A DNA stretch of 26,958 bases from Thermomicrobiales bacterium (GCA_038331435.1 JBBQPB010000001.1:1-26958), one strand, 5' to 3'. Shown: positions 8,408 through 16,604, counted from the stretch's first letter. Translations and numbers: made by a program. Notes: generated by a model not told the origin, from the sequence alone.

Positions 8408-8486
8408 ATGATTCCGGTCGTAGCGGTGCCGGAATCAAAACAACCATCCACTGCGGCGGGGAGATCTTTTGCTCTTCAGGATGACA
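8408..8486. repeat. Degenerate second REP-like doublet
   Basis: Right arm agatcttttgctcttcaggatgaca (8462-8486) shares the exact 11-mer tcaggatgaca with 1352-1362. Left arm tgattccggtcgtagcggtgccggaatca (8409-8437) is itself a 9-bp hairpin. Confidence 0.55.
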
Positions 8487-8601
8487 GATTCGGGGAACCG
8501 TCGCTCAGGGAAATCATCGTTTCCCACACGGATCTTGAGAGGGCAAATACGTCCTCACCTGCGACCGTTGGTTTTCTCCATCCGCCGGACGCAAGCCCAT
8601 C

Positions 8602-8949
8602 CTAGCCCACCTGATCGTGCGTGATGCGCTCGAAGCGGGAGACGTTGGCAACGAACACAATCGCGCCACCCACCTCGACCTCGAAGTTCTCCGGCATGTA
8701 CAGCAAACCGGGTTCGAGCGCCGGCGAGTACGGCACCGCTATCTGGGTGCGACGGTGACAGGTGCGCTTGAGCAACGCCATAACCCCGGCCACATTCTCG
8801 TCTGCGATACCAATGAGCAGGCTTGTGTTTCCCATACGCAGGAACGAGCCCGACGTGCTGACCTTGGTGAAACGAATGCTGTTGTCGATCAGCTCGGTGG
8901 TCAAGACCTCGATGTCTTCGTCCTGGACGACGGCAATGATCAGCTTCAC
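8602..8949 (-). CDS. darA: Cyclic-di-AMP receptor, PII-like (DarA/PstA/YaaQ family)
   Basis: GTG start at 8949 with AGGAG RBS: MKLIIAVVQDED...RFTKVSTSGSFLRMGNTSLLIG...TCHRR...EVEVGGAIVFVANVSRF. Confidence 0.85.
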   Translation of the reverse strand: MKLIIAVVQDEDIEVLTTELIDNSIRFTKVSTSGSFLRMGNTSLLIGIADENVAGVMALLKRTCHRRTQIAVPYSPALEPGLLYMPENFEVEVGGAIVFVANVSRFERITHDQVG

Positions 8950-9075
8950 CCCCTTGCTCCTTTCTCCGTGACGGCAACAATGACGACGCGACCAGCCTCG
9001 CGTTGCCTGTGAAACCCGCCACGCCATGATGCTCGTTGCTATTCGGCGGTTTTCAGTCTAGCAGGTGAATCCGCC

Positions 9076-9312
9076 TCAGCCGATAGAAAAGAGGGTCACC
9101 GTGGTCAGCACGCCGTCGAGATGCTGAATCTTGCCCATGACGATATCGCCGATTTCTTTGGGTCCCGGCGCTTCCACGACCGCGACCACATCGTAGCTCC
9201 CGGCAACAGCATCGACCTCGTGAATGCCGCCCTCCGGTCCCCAGCCGCGTAGCTCGTCCTGAATCTCAGGGGAGGCGCCTACGCGGGTTGTCATCAGCAC
9301 ATACGCCTTCAT
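9076..9312 (-). CDS. Stand-alone Lrp/AsnC ligand-binding-domain protein (no HTH)
   Basis: 78 aa: MKAYVLMTT...VAGSYDVVAVVEA...IVMGKIQHLDGVLTTVTL, matching the G-YD and I..l.GV..T.T RAM-domain pattern. AGGTGGAG upstream of the ATG. Confidence 0.85.
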   Translation of the reverse strand: MKAYVLMTTRVGASPEIQDELRGWGPEGGIHEVDAVAGSYDVVAVVEAPGPKEIGDIVMGKIQHLDGVLTTVTLFSIG

Positions 9313-9338
9313 GCTCTCCACCTCGCTCCTGCGATCGG

Positions 9339-9815
9339 CTACCGGGGCGACGGACGTTCCCAGATCGTCTCCATGCCGATACCGCTGACCATGTCGCGGA
9401 GAATAGTGTTCTCCTCGGCCAACAGTTTCAAGTATCCGGAGCGCGCCTGCTGCATCAGCTCGACACCTCCAAGCTCATCGCACCGTTCCAGCAGCCGCTT
9501 CAGCACGCCGGCCCGCTCGAACTCGCGCACCCGCTCGGCCCACGGAGCCAGCGTGATCTCTTCCGGAACCGGAAGCTCCGGACGCAACCGGCGGAAGGAA
9601 AGCAGCCGCTCTCTCGGCGTCGCGGCCATCCCGTCGACCATGATGGCGGGGTTGACTCCCTCCGCCGAACGAAAGTCGAGGATGATGGTGCTGCCGAGCC
9701 GGATGAAGAAGATGCTCATCACGAACGCATCGGCCAGCGCAACCTTGAGCTGGTCGGGATAGAACTGGTCCTCATCGAAATTCATGCCGTACCCGTTGCT
9801 CAAAAAATCATCCAT
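9339..9815 (-). CDS. Hypothetical protein (158 aa)
   Basis: Protein-like composition; the start overlaps the suhB stop by 8 nt and the gene lies within the same-strand run. No motif recognised. Confidence 0.75.
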   Translation of the reverse strand: MDDFLSNGYGMNFDEDQFYPDQLKVALADAFVMSIFFIRLGSTIILDFRSAEGVNPAIMVDGMAATPRERLLSFRRLRPELPVPEEITLAPWAERVREFERAGVLKRLLERCDELGGVELMQQARSGYLKLLAEENTILRDMVSGIGMETIWERPSPR

Positions 9816-10626
9816 CGGCGTGGGCCAGGTGGGTCACCTGCTCCGAAAGTTCCTGATGAATGTGCCCATTTGAGCAGACGATCTCGCGACGATAGGGACC
9901 GAACGGCGTTCCGTCGTAGCCTGTAACCACACCACCGGCTTCCTCGACCAAAAGCGATCCCGCGGCCAGATCCCATGCGTTGAGCGGGCGTTCCCAGAAT
10001 CCATCCAGCCGGCCAGCGGCAACATAGCAAAGGTTCAGCGCTGCCGAACCATCCCGCCGGACGCCCTGCGCAATACCCAGGAACCCGTTCCAGACTCGCG
10101 CGTTCTCGCCGCGTTCCTCTTCGGAATAGGCAAACCCGGTGCCAAGCAACGACCGCTCCAGTGAGTCAGTTTTGGACACCGCGATGGGCGCGCCATTGAG
10201 GGTTGCGCCACCGCCCCGTTCAGCGACAAAGAGCTCATCCCGCATCGGATCGTAGACCACGCCCAAAATGATCTGGCCCGCGTGCTCCAGCGCAATCGAA
10301 ACCGCGAAGTGGGGATAGCGATGCGCGTAATTGGTCGTGCCATCGAGTGGGTCGACCAGCCAGGAATAGCGATCCGAGTTGTCCGGAGTATCGCCAGAGA
10401 GGAACGAAGACTCCTCGCCAACAAAGCGGTGATCGGGAAATAGGCCAGTGATCGCCGCGGCGATCAGCTCTTCCGAGGCGCGGTCGACATCGGTGACCAG
10501 GTCAATCGCCCCTTTGAAATCGATGGTGCGGTCGAGCGATAACCGTTCGCGCAGGATTGCACCTGCGGCCAACGCCGTTTCGACTGCTCGTTCGCGCGCG
10601 CCGTCGGGCATCGCTCCAATGGTCAC
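9808..10626 (-). CDS. suhB: Inositol monophosphatase family protein
   Basis: DLVTDVD, VGEE, WLVDPLDGTTNY, RRDGSAAL and WDLAAG. The GTG at 10626 overlaps the tsaD stop (GTGA) and has GGAGG upstream. Confidence 0.9.
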   Translation of the reverse strand: MTIGAMPDGARERAVETALAAGAILRERLSLDRTIDFKGAIDLVTDVDRASEELIAAAITGLFPDHRFVGEESSFLSGDTPDNSDRYSWLVDPLDGTTNYAHRYPHFAVSIALEHAGQIILGVVYDPMRDELFVAERGGGATLNGAPIAVSKTDSLERSLLGTGFAYSEEERGENARVWNGFLGIAQGVRRDGSAALNLCYVAAGRLDGFWERPLNAWDLAAGSLLVEEAGGVVTGYDGTPFGPYRREIVCSNGHIHQELSEQVTHLAHADG

Positions 10627-11717
10627 GAGTTCGCTCCTCCAATTGGCAGGCGAGACGCTACATCCAGCTCCCAACCTGCTTGCGCCCCCCGTCTGAGCGC
10701 GAAATATCCGGCCGCGGCCACCATGGCGGCATTGTCGGTACAGTAGTCCAGCGCCGGCACCCGAAGCATAGCCCCAGATCGTGCCTCGATCTCAATAGCT
10801 AATCGCGCCCGCAACGATCGATTCGCGGCAACTCCTCCGGCGAGCACCACCTGCGGCGCTTCCAGGAGATGCGCCGCGTTCGCCGTCTTCATCGATAGGA
10901 CATCAACGATCGCCTCCTGAAAGGACGCCGCCAGGTCGGAAACCGGCAGTCCATCGCGAAAGCGTGGGGGGCGGTGCTTTCGAAACGGCTCGTCGTCTTC
11001 GGGTTCCGCGGCCTTGTCTGGCAGCCGGTAGGGTTCGACCGCACGCAGTAAGGCCGTCTTGAGTCCTGAGAAACTGAAGTCGTTGCTGGTCCCAAGCCAG
11101 GCGCGTGGCAGGGGAAATGCATCAGTTCGGCCACCGGTGGCGGCGTTCTGGATCGCAGGTCCGCCCGGGTAGCCCAGTCCCAACAAGCGGGCGCCCTTGT
11201 CGAACGCTTCCCCGGCCGCATCGTCCAACGTGCGGCCGAGATGGGTGTAGCGCCCGTGCCCGGTCATCAGCATGAGCTCGGTGTGCCCCCCGGAAACCAG
11301 CAGCGCGAGTATCGGGAACTCGGGTTGGGTTGACGATTCGTCGCCTGGGGAACTGAGCCAATTGGCGTAGAGATGCGCTTCCAGGTGATTGACCCCGACC
11401 AACGGAATGGATCGGGAATAGGAAAGCGATTTTGCGAAATTGACCCCGACCAGCAGTGACCCCGCCAGGCCTGGCCCGCAGGTAACGGCGATCGCGTCGA
11501 GTTCATCGAGCTCCACCTCAGCTTCTGCCAGCGCCGCTTCGACGACCGGAATGATGGCGGTCAATTGCGCGCGCGCGGCAAGCTCGGGCACGATCCCGCC
11601 ATGGTGCTGGTGCAGCGCGATCTGGGAGGAGACGACGTTGGAGCGGACCACGCGGCCGTCGCGCACGACCGCGGCGGAGGTCTCATCGCACGAAGTTTCG
11701 ATCCCAAGCACATTCAC
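10623..11717 (-). CDS. tsaD: tRNA t6A N6-threonylcarbamoyltransferase TsaD
   Basis: VLGIETSCDETS, GGIVPELAAR, GPGLAGSL, NHLEAH, LVSGGHT, DDAAGEAFDK, FSFSGLKT, TDNAAMVA. The GTG start overlaps the rimI stop. Confidence 0.95.
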   Translation of the reverse strand: MNVLGIETSCDETSAAVVRDGRVVRSNVVSSQIALHQHHGGIVPELAARAQLTAIIPVVEAALAEAEVELDELDAIAVTCGPGLAGSLLVGVNFAKSLSYSRSIPLVGVNHLEAHLYANWLSSPGDESSTQPEFPILALLVSGGHTELMLMTGHGRYTHLGRTLDDAAGEAFDKGARLLGLGYPGGPAIQNAATGGRTDAFPLPRAWLGTSNDFSFSGLKTALLRAVEPYRLPDKAAEPEDDEPFRKHRPPRFRDGLPVSDLAASFQEAIVDVLSMKTANAAHLLEAPQVVLAGGVAANRSLRARLAIEIEARSGAMLRVPALDYCTDNAAMVAAAGYFALRRGAQAGWELDVASRLPIGGANS

Positions 11718-12427
11718 GAAACGATCCGATCGTCGATACGGCGGGATGCCCAAATCGGCGCCCTCTCCGGGACAGTCATTACACCTGTCAGACGCTCGAC
11801 CAGCGCTTGGCGAAGCACATCGATCTGCGCGAGATACGCATCGTCGCGTAGCGAGGGAGACCACATCAGGTAGGCGTCTTCGCCATTGTCGGAGTAGTAG
11901 CGCGGACGAACACCATGAATGCTGAAGCCGAACTTCTCATAGAGACGGATAGCGCCCTGGTTCGAGATGCGTACCTCCAGCGTCAACATATTGGCGCCCC
12001 GGCGGACCGATTCGTCCAGCAATCGGAGCAGCAAAGCCTCGCCGAGCCCGCGACCGCGATACGGCTCATCCACCCCGATGGTCGTGACGTGCGCTTCGTC
12101 ATAAAGCTGCCACATCCCGGCAAAACCAGAGATCGGTTGTGGTGCGGTCGGCGGCGCTGGATTCTTACGGGAAAACGACAGCATCCCAAGCGCGCGCAAA
12201 CCGCGCCAGTTCTCCGCAAACTCGTCGACGAACCGCTCCCGCGATTGCACCGAGTGCGCATCGGAACCGCGTAGCACGACGTAGTAGTTGTGATCGAGAT
12301 GGCGCAACTCTCGCCGATAAGCGGAAGCCGGCCAGGGATTGCTGAAACAACGACGCTCTACCCTGCTCACCTCGGGGATGTCTTCGAGGCGCATGGGTTC
12401 GATGACAAACGGCAGCGCACGATTCAT
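11714..12427 (-). CDS. rimI: Ribosomal-protein-alanine N-acetyltransferase RimI (GNAT) with an internal insertion
   Basis: FSNPW, EAHVTTIGV, YRGRGLGE, LTLEVRISN, LYEKFGF, RPRYYSDNGEDAYLMW. ATGA overlap with tsaB. Confidence 0.9.
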   Translation of the reverse strand: MNRALPFVIEPMRLEDIPEVSRVERRCFSNPWPASAYRRELRHLDHNYYVVLRGSDAHSVQSRERFVDEFAENWRGLRALGMLSFSRKNPAPPTAPQPISGFAGMWQLYDEAHVTTIGVDEPYRGRGLGEALLLRLLDESVRRGANMLTLEVRISNQGAIRLYEKFGFSIHGVRPRYYSDNGEDAYLMWSPSLRDDAYLAQIDVLRQALVERLTGVMTVPERAPIWASRRIDDRIVS

Positions 12428-13110
12428 GCCGTCATCGCTTTCTGTGGACGCCGGCCGTGCGCGTAGATTGGCTCCAGCAAGGCGGCGTCGTCGCGCTGGC
12501 CGGCCTGGAGACGAGTCCAACCGAGGCGCGCCATCTGCTCGACTCGCGCGCCGGCCGGGAGCACGATGGCATCTTCCAGGGAGAGCTCGGTTTCACTGGC
12601 GACGATGGCGCCAGAAGACTTTGCGGCGATCCGCAGCTCATCCAGAGTGGAATTCACTGGGCCGTCGATCGCGCTGCCGCCTTCGTACCGGCTCCAAACC
12701 ACGCGATCGCGGCCAGCGGTCATGACCGCCAGTAGCGGGCGATCCAACCAGGCAAGATGCGCGGCAATAGCATCTGTCGTTGGTACGCCTGCCAGCGGCA
12801 CACCAAGCGAGAAGACCAATCCCTTGGCAAGGCTGAGTCCCACGCGCAAGGCAGAGAACGAACCCGGCCCGGTCCCCACGACGACGCCATCCAGCTGATA
12901 CAGCGGGATGCCAGCAAGCCGCAGAAGGTGATCGAGCTGGGCGAGCGTGTCGACCGTGTGGTTGCGGTGGGCGTTCCAGGCGAGTACGGTCGCGTCGACA
13001 CCATCGAAGAGCGCTACGCCGGCACGGTCACTCGAAGTATCGATTGCCGCTACCCGATATCTCGGGTCTTTCGCCCGTTCACGCATCTGGTGAGTTGCCA
13101 TGTGCATCAT
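12424..13110 (-). CDS. tsaB: tRNA t6A biosynthesis protein TsaB
   Basis: AIDTS, H...L, GTGPGSFSALRVG, AKGL and LEPIY. Several candidate start Met codons between 13086 and 13110. Confidence 0.9.
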   Translation of the reverse strand: MMHMATHQMRERAKDPRYRVAAIDTSSDRAGVALFDGVDATVLAWNAHRNHTVDTLAQLDHLLRLAGIPLYQLDGVVVGTGPGSFSALRVGLSLAKGLVFSLGVPLAGVPTTDAIAAHLAWLDRPLLAVMTAGRDRVVWSRYEGGSAIDGPVNSTLDELRIAAKSSGAIVASETELSLEDAIVLPAGARVEQMARLGWTRLQAGQRDDAALLEPIYAHGRRPQKAMTA

Positions 13111-13161
13111 TCTGGTGTACTAATCTTAACCATCAAGAGCGTTTCAAAGTTTAACGGTGTC

Positions 13162-13184
13162 TTGACAAGGCAGACGTATGCCTT
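13162..13184 (+). promoter_or_regulatory. TTGACA (-35-like) hexamer followed by an 18-bp palindrome (candidate operator) upstream of ugpA
   Basis: TTGACA at 13162-13167. AAGGCAgACGTaTGCCTT at 13167-13184 is self-complementary at 16/18 positions. No clean -10 at 17-bp spacing. Confidence 0.45.
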
Positions 13185-13240
13185 TCCGAGAATTGCACTC
13201 TCGGTCACTGACCGATTCTGGCACAAGCATCGAGGCTAAG

Positions 13241-14197
13241 TTGCAGGGATCAACATCAATCACGCTGAAGAGCACCAAGTCCGCCGACCAGGCTATACCG
13301 GTCGAGCGTACTCGCCGCCGGCGCCCTCCATATTCGGAGTGGCTCCTCTTCCTGCTCTTCATCGCGCCAAATTTCATCCTCTTTGGCGTTTTCACTTACT
13401 GGCCAATGATTCAGACCGCCTACCTGAGTGGGGTGCGATGGGACATGATCTCGCCCAACAAGCGCTGGGTGGGGGCCGATAACTACCGCTATCTCTGGAA
13501 CGATGACTCATTCCGGCAAGTGCTGATGAATTCGTCCTGGTTCGCCATCGGTGCGGTTGGCGGGTCGCTGCTGCTTGGACTCAGCATTGCCCTGCTACTG
13601 AATCAGAAACTGCGCTTCCGCAACTTCGCACGAGCCTCCGTGTTCATGCCGACGCTGCTGAGCGGCGCAGCCATCGGCATCGTCTGGGTCTACATTTTCG
13701 ACCCTCGCTACGGCATTCTGTCTGGTTTCCTAAAAGTCTTCGGGGTCAACTCTCCCGCCTGGCTGGGGGATACGCAATGGGCGCTGCCGGCGGTCATCAT
13801 CGTCTACATCTGGAAGAACGTCGGTTTGGCAACCATCATCTTCCTCGCCGGATTGCAAAGTATTCCTCGCGATCTTTACGAGGCCGCCACCGTCGATGGC
13901 GCCGGACGGATGAGCAAGTTCCGCGCTGTCACGTTGCCGATGCTGTCTCCGATCATGTTCTTTGTGGTCGTAACCTCGATCCTCAATTCGTTCCAGGCGT
14001 TCGACATCATCAACGTTATGACCCGCGGCGGTCCGGTCGATGCCACCAACATTCTCGTCTACTACATCTACCAGCAAGGGTTCGTGGCGTTCAACGCCGG
14101 CCGGGCGGGCGCGGCCAGCATGGTGCTTTTCACGATCATGCTGGCAATAACGCTGATCCAGCTACGTTACTCGGAACGCAAGGTGCATTATGGCTAG
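13241..14197 (+). CDS. ugpA: CUT1 carbohydrate ABC permease, UgpA-like
   Basis: Transmembrane segments, WVGADNY and EAA loop LYEAATVDGAG...FRAVTLP. Start uncertain (ATG 13178 or TTG 13241). Confidence 0.8.
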   Translation: MQGSTSITLKSTKSADQAIPVERTRRRRPPYSEWLLFLLFIAPNFILFGVFTYWPMIQTAYLSGVRWDMISPNKRWVGADNYRYLWNDDSFRQVLMNSSWFAIGAVGGSLLLGLSIALLLNQKLRFRNFARASVFMPTLLSGAAIGIVWVYIFDPRYGILSGFLKVFGVNSPAWLGDTQWALPAVIIVYIWKNVGLATIIFLAGLQSIPRDLYEAATVDGAGRMSKFRAVTLPMLSPIMFFVVVTSILNSFQAFDIINVMTRGGPVDATNILVYYIYQQGFVAFNAGRAGAASMVLFTIMLAITLIQLRYSERKVHYG

Positions 14198-15062
14198 CGT
14201 TCAATACGACCATCCCAACAAGAAGACCGTCAAAATCGACACCGTTCACGTTCTGTCATACCTGGCGATGGCGTTGGTGGTTATTCTCATTCTGGTGCCG
14301 ATCTTCTGGATGCTTTCCGGCTCGTTGAAGACAAACCAGGAAATCATGAAGTTCCCACCGCAGTGGCTGCCGACGAATCCGCAGTGGCACAACTACCGGG
14401 ACGCGTGGAACGCGGCGCCGTTCGGTCGGTTCTATCTCAACACCATCATCACCACGTTCGCGGGTACGACCCTCGAGCTGACTAACGCCTGCCTGACCGC
14501 CTATGCGCTCGCATTTCTGCGTTTCCCATTCAAGAATCTGATCTTCATTCTGTTGCTGGCTGCACTGATGATCCCGCAGCAGGTGACGATCATCCCAAAC
14601 TACCTGACCGTTTCAGACATCCTCGGCCGAAACTGGATCAACACGTATCAGGGCATCGTGATCCCGGGCGCGTCCGTGGCGGTCGGAACTTTCCTGCTGC
14701 GGCAGGCGTTCATGTCCTTGCCGCGAGAGGTCATCGACGCCGCCAGGGTCGATGGCGCCAACCACCTGCAGCTGCTTTGGCAAATGGTGATTCCAATGTC
14801 GAAACCGGTGCTGGTGACGTTTGGGCTGATCTCGCTGGTCGCCAAATGGAATGACTATCTCTGGCCGCTGATCGTAACCAATCAGGACCGGATGCGGACT
14901 CTCTCGGTCGGCATCTCCTATCTCTACAACCCTGAATCTGTCGTCCGCTGGGGTCCACTTCTGGCAGGAACGTTTTTTGTGATTGCGCCGCTGATCGTTA
15001 TCTATCTTTGGGCGCAAAAGCACATCATCGAAGGGATTACCGCCGGCGCCACCAAGAGCTAG
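14190..15062 (+). CDS. ugpE: CUT1 carbohydrate ABC permease, UgpE-like
   Basis: PFGRFYLNT, IDAARVDGA, KWNDYLWPL and QKHIIEGITAGATK. Overlaps the ugpA stop. Confidence 0.8.
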   Translation: MASVQYDHPNKKTVKIDTVHVLSYLAMALVVILILVPIFWMLSGSLKTNQEIMKFPPQWLPTNPQWHNYRDAWNAAPFGRFYLNTIITTFAGTTLELTNACLTAYALAFLRFPFKNLIFILLLAALMIPQQVTIIPNYLTVSDILGRNWINTYQGIVIPGASVAVGTFLLRQAFMSLPREVIDAARVDGANHLQLLWQMVIPMSKPVLVTFGLISLVAKWNDYLWPLIVTNQDRMRTLSVGISYLYNPESVVRWGPLLAGTFFVIAPLIVIYLWAQKHIIEGITAGATKS

Positions 15063-15088
15063 GCGCCCTGACCAACCTCGAATGCAGC

Positions 15089-15114
15089 CGCGCTGTGAGG
15101 GCCCTTACAGCGCG
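15089..15114 (+). other. Intercistronic hairpin between the permease and binding-protein genes
   Basis: cgcgctgtgag / cttacagcgcg, an 11-bp stem with one G-U pair and loop ggcc. Confidence 0.4.
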
Positions 15115-15170
15115 TGGGGCAGAAAGCGAACGCGAGCCGGACTTCTGGCTCGAATTGCGAAAGGATCGAA

Positions 15171-16487
15171 ATGAGCACATTCAATCGACGCAGCCTGTTG
15201 AAAGGTTCGGCCGCAGCCGCGACCGGGGTAACCGTGGCAGGCAAGCGTTCGAGCTTCGCGGCCCCTGCGTTCCTGCAGGGCGAGAAGACCAAGATCGTCT
15301 ACTGGGGGTCGTTCGCGGATCAGCTCGGCGAAGCGGAGAAGCAGCTTTGCGACAATTTCAATGCCGCGCAGACCGATGTCGAGCTGGAATACCAGTACCA
15401 GGGCAACTATGAGGAGACGGCCCAGAAGCTGACCGCCGCGGTAGCGGCGAAGCAGACGCCGGATGTCTCATTGCTCTCCGATGTCTGGTGGTTCAAGTTC
15501 TATTTGAACGGCGCGCTGGCTCCGATGACCGACCTCTTCGCCGCCAATTCGATCGACACCAGCGACTATGTCGACTCGCTCTTCAATGAGGGCGTGCGCG
15601 ACGGTGTCAACTACTGGGTGCCGATGGCGCGCTCCACACCGCTCTTCTACTACAACCGCGAGCTCTTCGACGGTGTCGGCCTGCCGGATGGCCCGGCCAC
15701 CTGGGATGATTTGACCGCGGTCGCGCAGGAGCTGGTCACCAAGGACGGCGACACCATCACGCGCTCAGCCTTTGCGCATCCGAACGGCGCATCCTACATT
15801 GCCTGGCTCTTCCAGGCCGTGATCTGGCAGTTCGACGGCGCTTACTCGGACCCCGAATTCAACATCTTGATCAACCAGGAGAACGGCGTCAACGCGGGCA
15901 ACTTCTACCGAAGCTCGGTGCAGGACGGTTGGGCCACTACCCCTGATGATGTGACGACCGACTTCCTGAACGGATACACCGCGTCGATCATGGCTTCTAC
16001 TGGCAGCCTCGGCGGGATCAAGCGGGATGCGACGTTCGAGTTCGGCACCAGCTTCCTGCCAGAGGCACTGTCATTCGGTTGCTGCACCGGCGGTGCTGGT
16101 CTGGCTATCCTGGCTGACAAGAGCCCCGAGCAGCAAGAGGCCGCCTTTAAGTTCGTTTCATGGGCGACATCTCCGGAGCAAACCGAATGGTGGTCTCAGA
16201 CAACTGGCTACATGCCAGTCCGAAAGTCGGCCATCGAGAGCGAAACGATGCAGGGGTTCTTCGAAGAGAATCCGAACTTCAAAACCGCGGTCGACCAGCT
16301 GCCGAAAACGCAAGCTCAGGATTCGGCCCGCGTTTTCATCCCCAACGGTGACCAGATCATCGGCAAGGGCCTGGAACGGATCACCGTTAATGGCGAAGAA
16401 GTTCAGCCGGTCTTCGACGACGTGGCCAAAACCCTCACTGAAGAGGCCCAGCCAGTTCTCGAAGCGCTGGACGCGCTTCAGGGTTAG
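15171..16487 (+). CDS. ugpB: ABC substrate-binding protein, UgpB-like (glycerophosphodiester/G3P), with Tat signal
   Basis: Tat motif NRRSLL and GAAAGGA RBS. SDVWWFKF, ARSTPLFYYN, TGGAGLAI, TGYMPVRKSA and QDSARVF closely resemble actinobacterial UgpB as I recall it. Confidence 0.8.
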   Translation: MSTFNRRSLLKGSAAAATGVTVAGKRSSFAAPAFLQGEKTKIVYWGSFADQLGEAEKQLCDNFNAAQTDVELEYQYQGNYEETAQKLTAAVAAKQTPDVSLLSDVWWFKFYLNGALAPMTDLFAANSIDTSDYVDSLFNEGVRDGVNYWVPMARSTPLFYYNRELFDGVGLPDGPATWDDLTAVAQELVTKDGDTITRSAFAHPNGASYIAWLFQAVIWQFDGAYSDPEFNILINQENGVNAGNFYRSSVQDGWATTPDDVTTDFLNGYTASIMASTGSLGGIKRDATFEFGTSFLPEALSFGCCTGGAGLAILADKSPEQQEAAFKFVSWATSPEQTEWWSQTTGYMPVRKSAIESETMQGFFEENPNFKTAVDQLPKTQAQDSARVFIPNGDQIIGKGLERITVNGEEVQPVFDDVAKTLTEEAQPVLEALDALQG

Positions 16488-16501
16488 CAGGCACCTCAAT
16501 C

Positions 16502-16532
16502 AAGGGAGACGGCGCGTGCGCCGTCTCCCTTT
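16502..16532. terminator. Probable bidirectional intrinsic terminator between ugpB and tsaE
   Basis: aagggagacggcg / cgccgtctccctt, a 13-bp stem with a 4-nt loop and short T runs in both orientations. Confidence 0.7.
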
Positions 16533-16604
16533 GTCAACCCCATCTCCCCGAGTAAAGGCGGAGCTGCGCTCCCGCTCAGTCAACCCGAGCGATGACGATC
16601 GTTG

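Noticed and set aside
8480-8601. Fragments resembling the ydaO riboswitch (GATTCGGGGAACC) and the c-di-GMP-I riboswitch (GGGCAAA...GGACGCAAGCC)
   Set aside because: They are on the strand opposite the neighbouring genes and lack the other conserved elements and spacing.
13150-13159. TTTAACGGTG upstream of ugpA matching TTTCATGGTG (20981-20990) upstream of phoX as a shared Pho box
   Set aside because: An 8/10 match between two intergenic regions of about 150 nt is expected by chance, and the 11-bp-spaced second repeats agree poorly.
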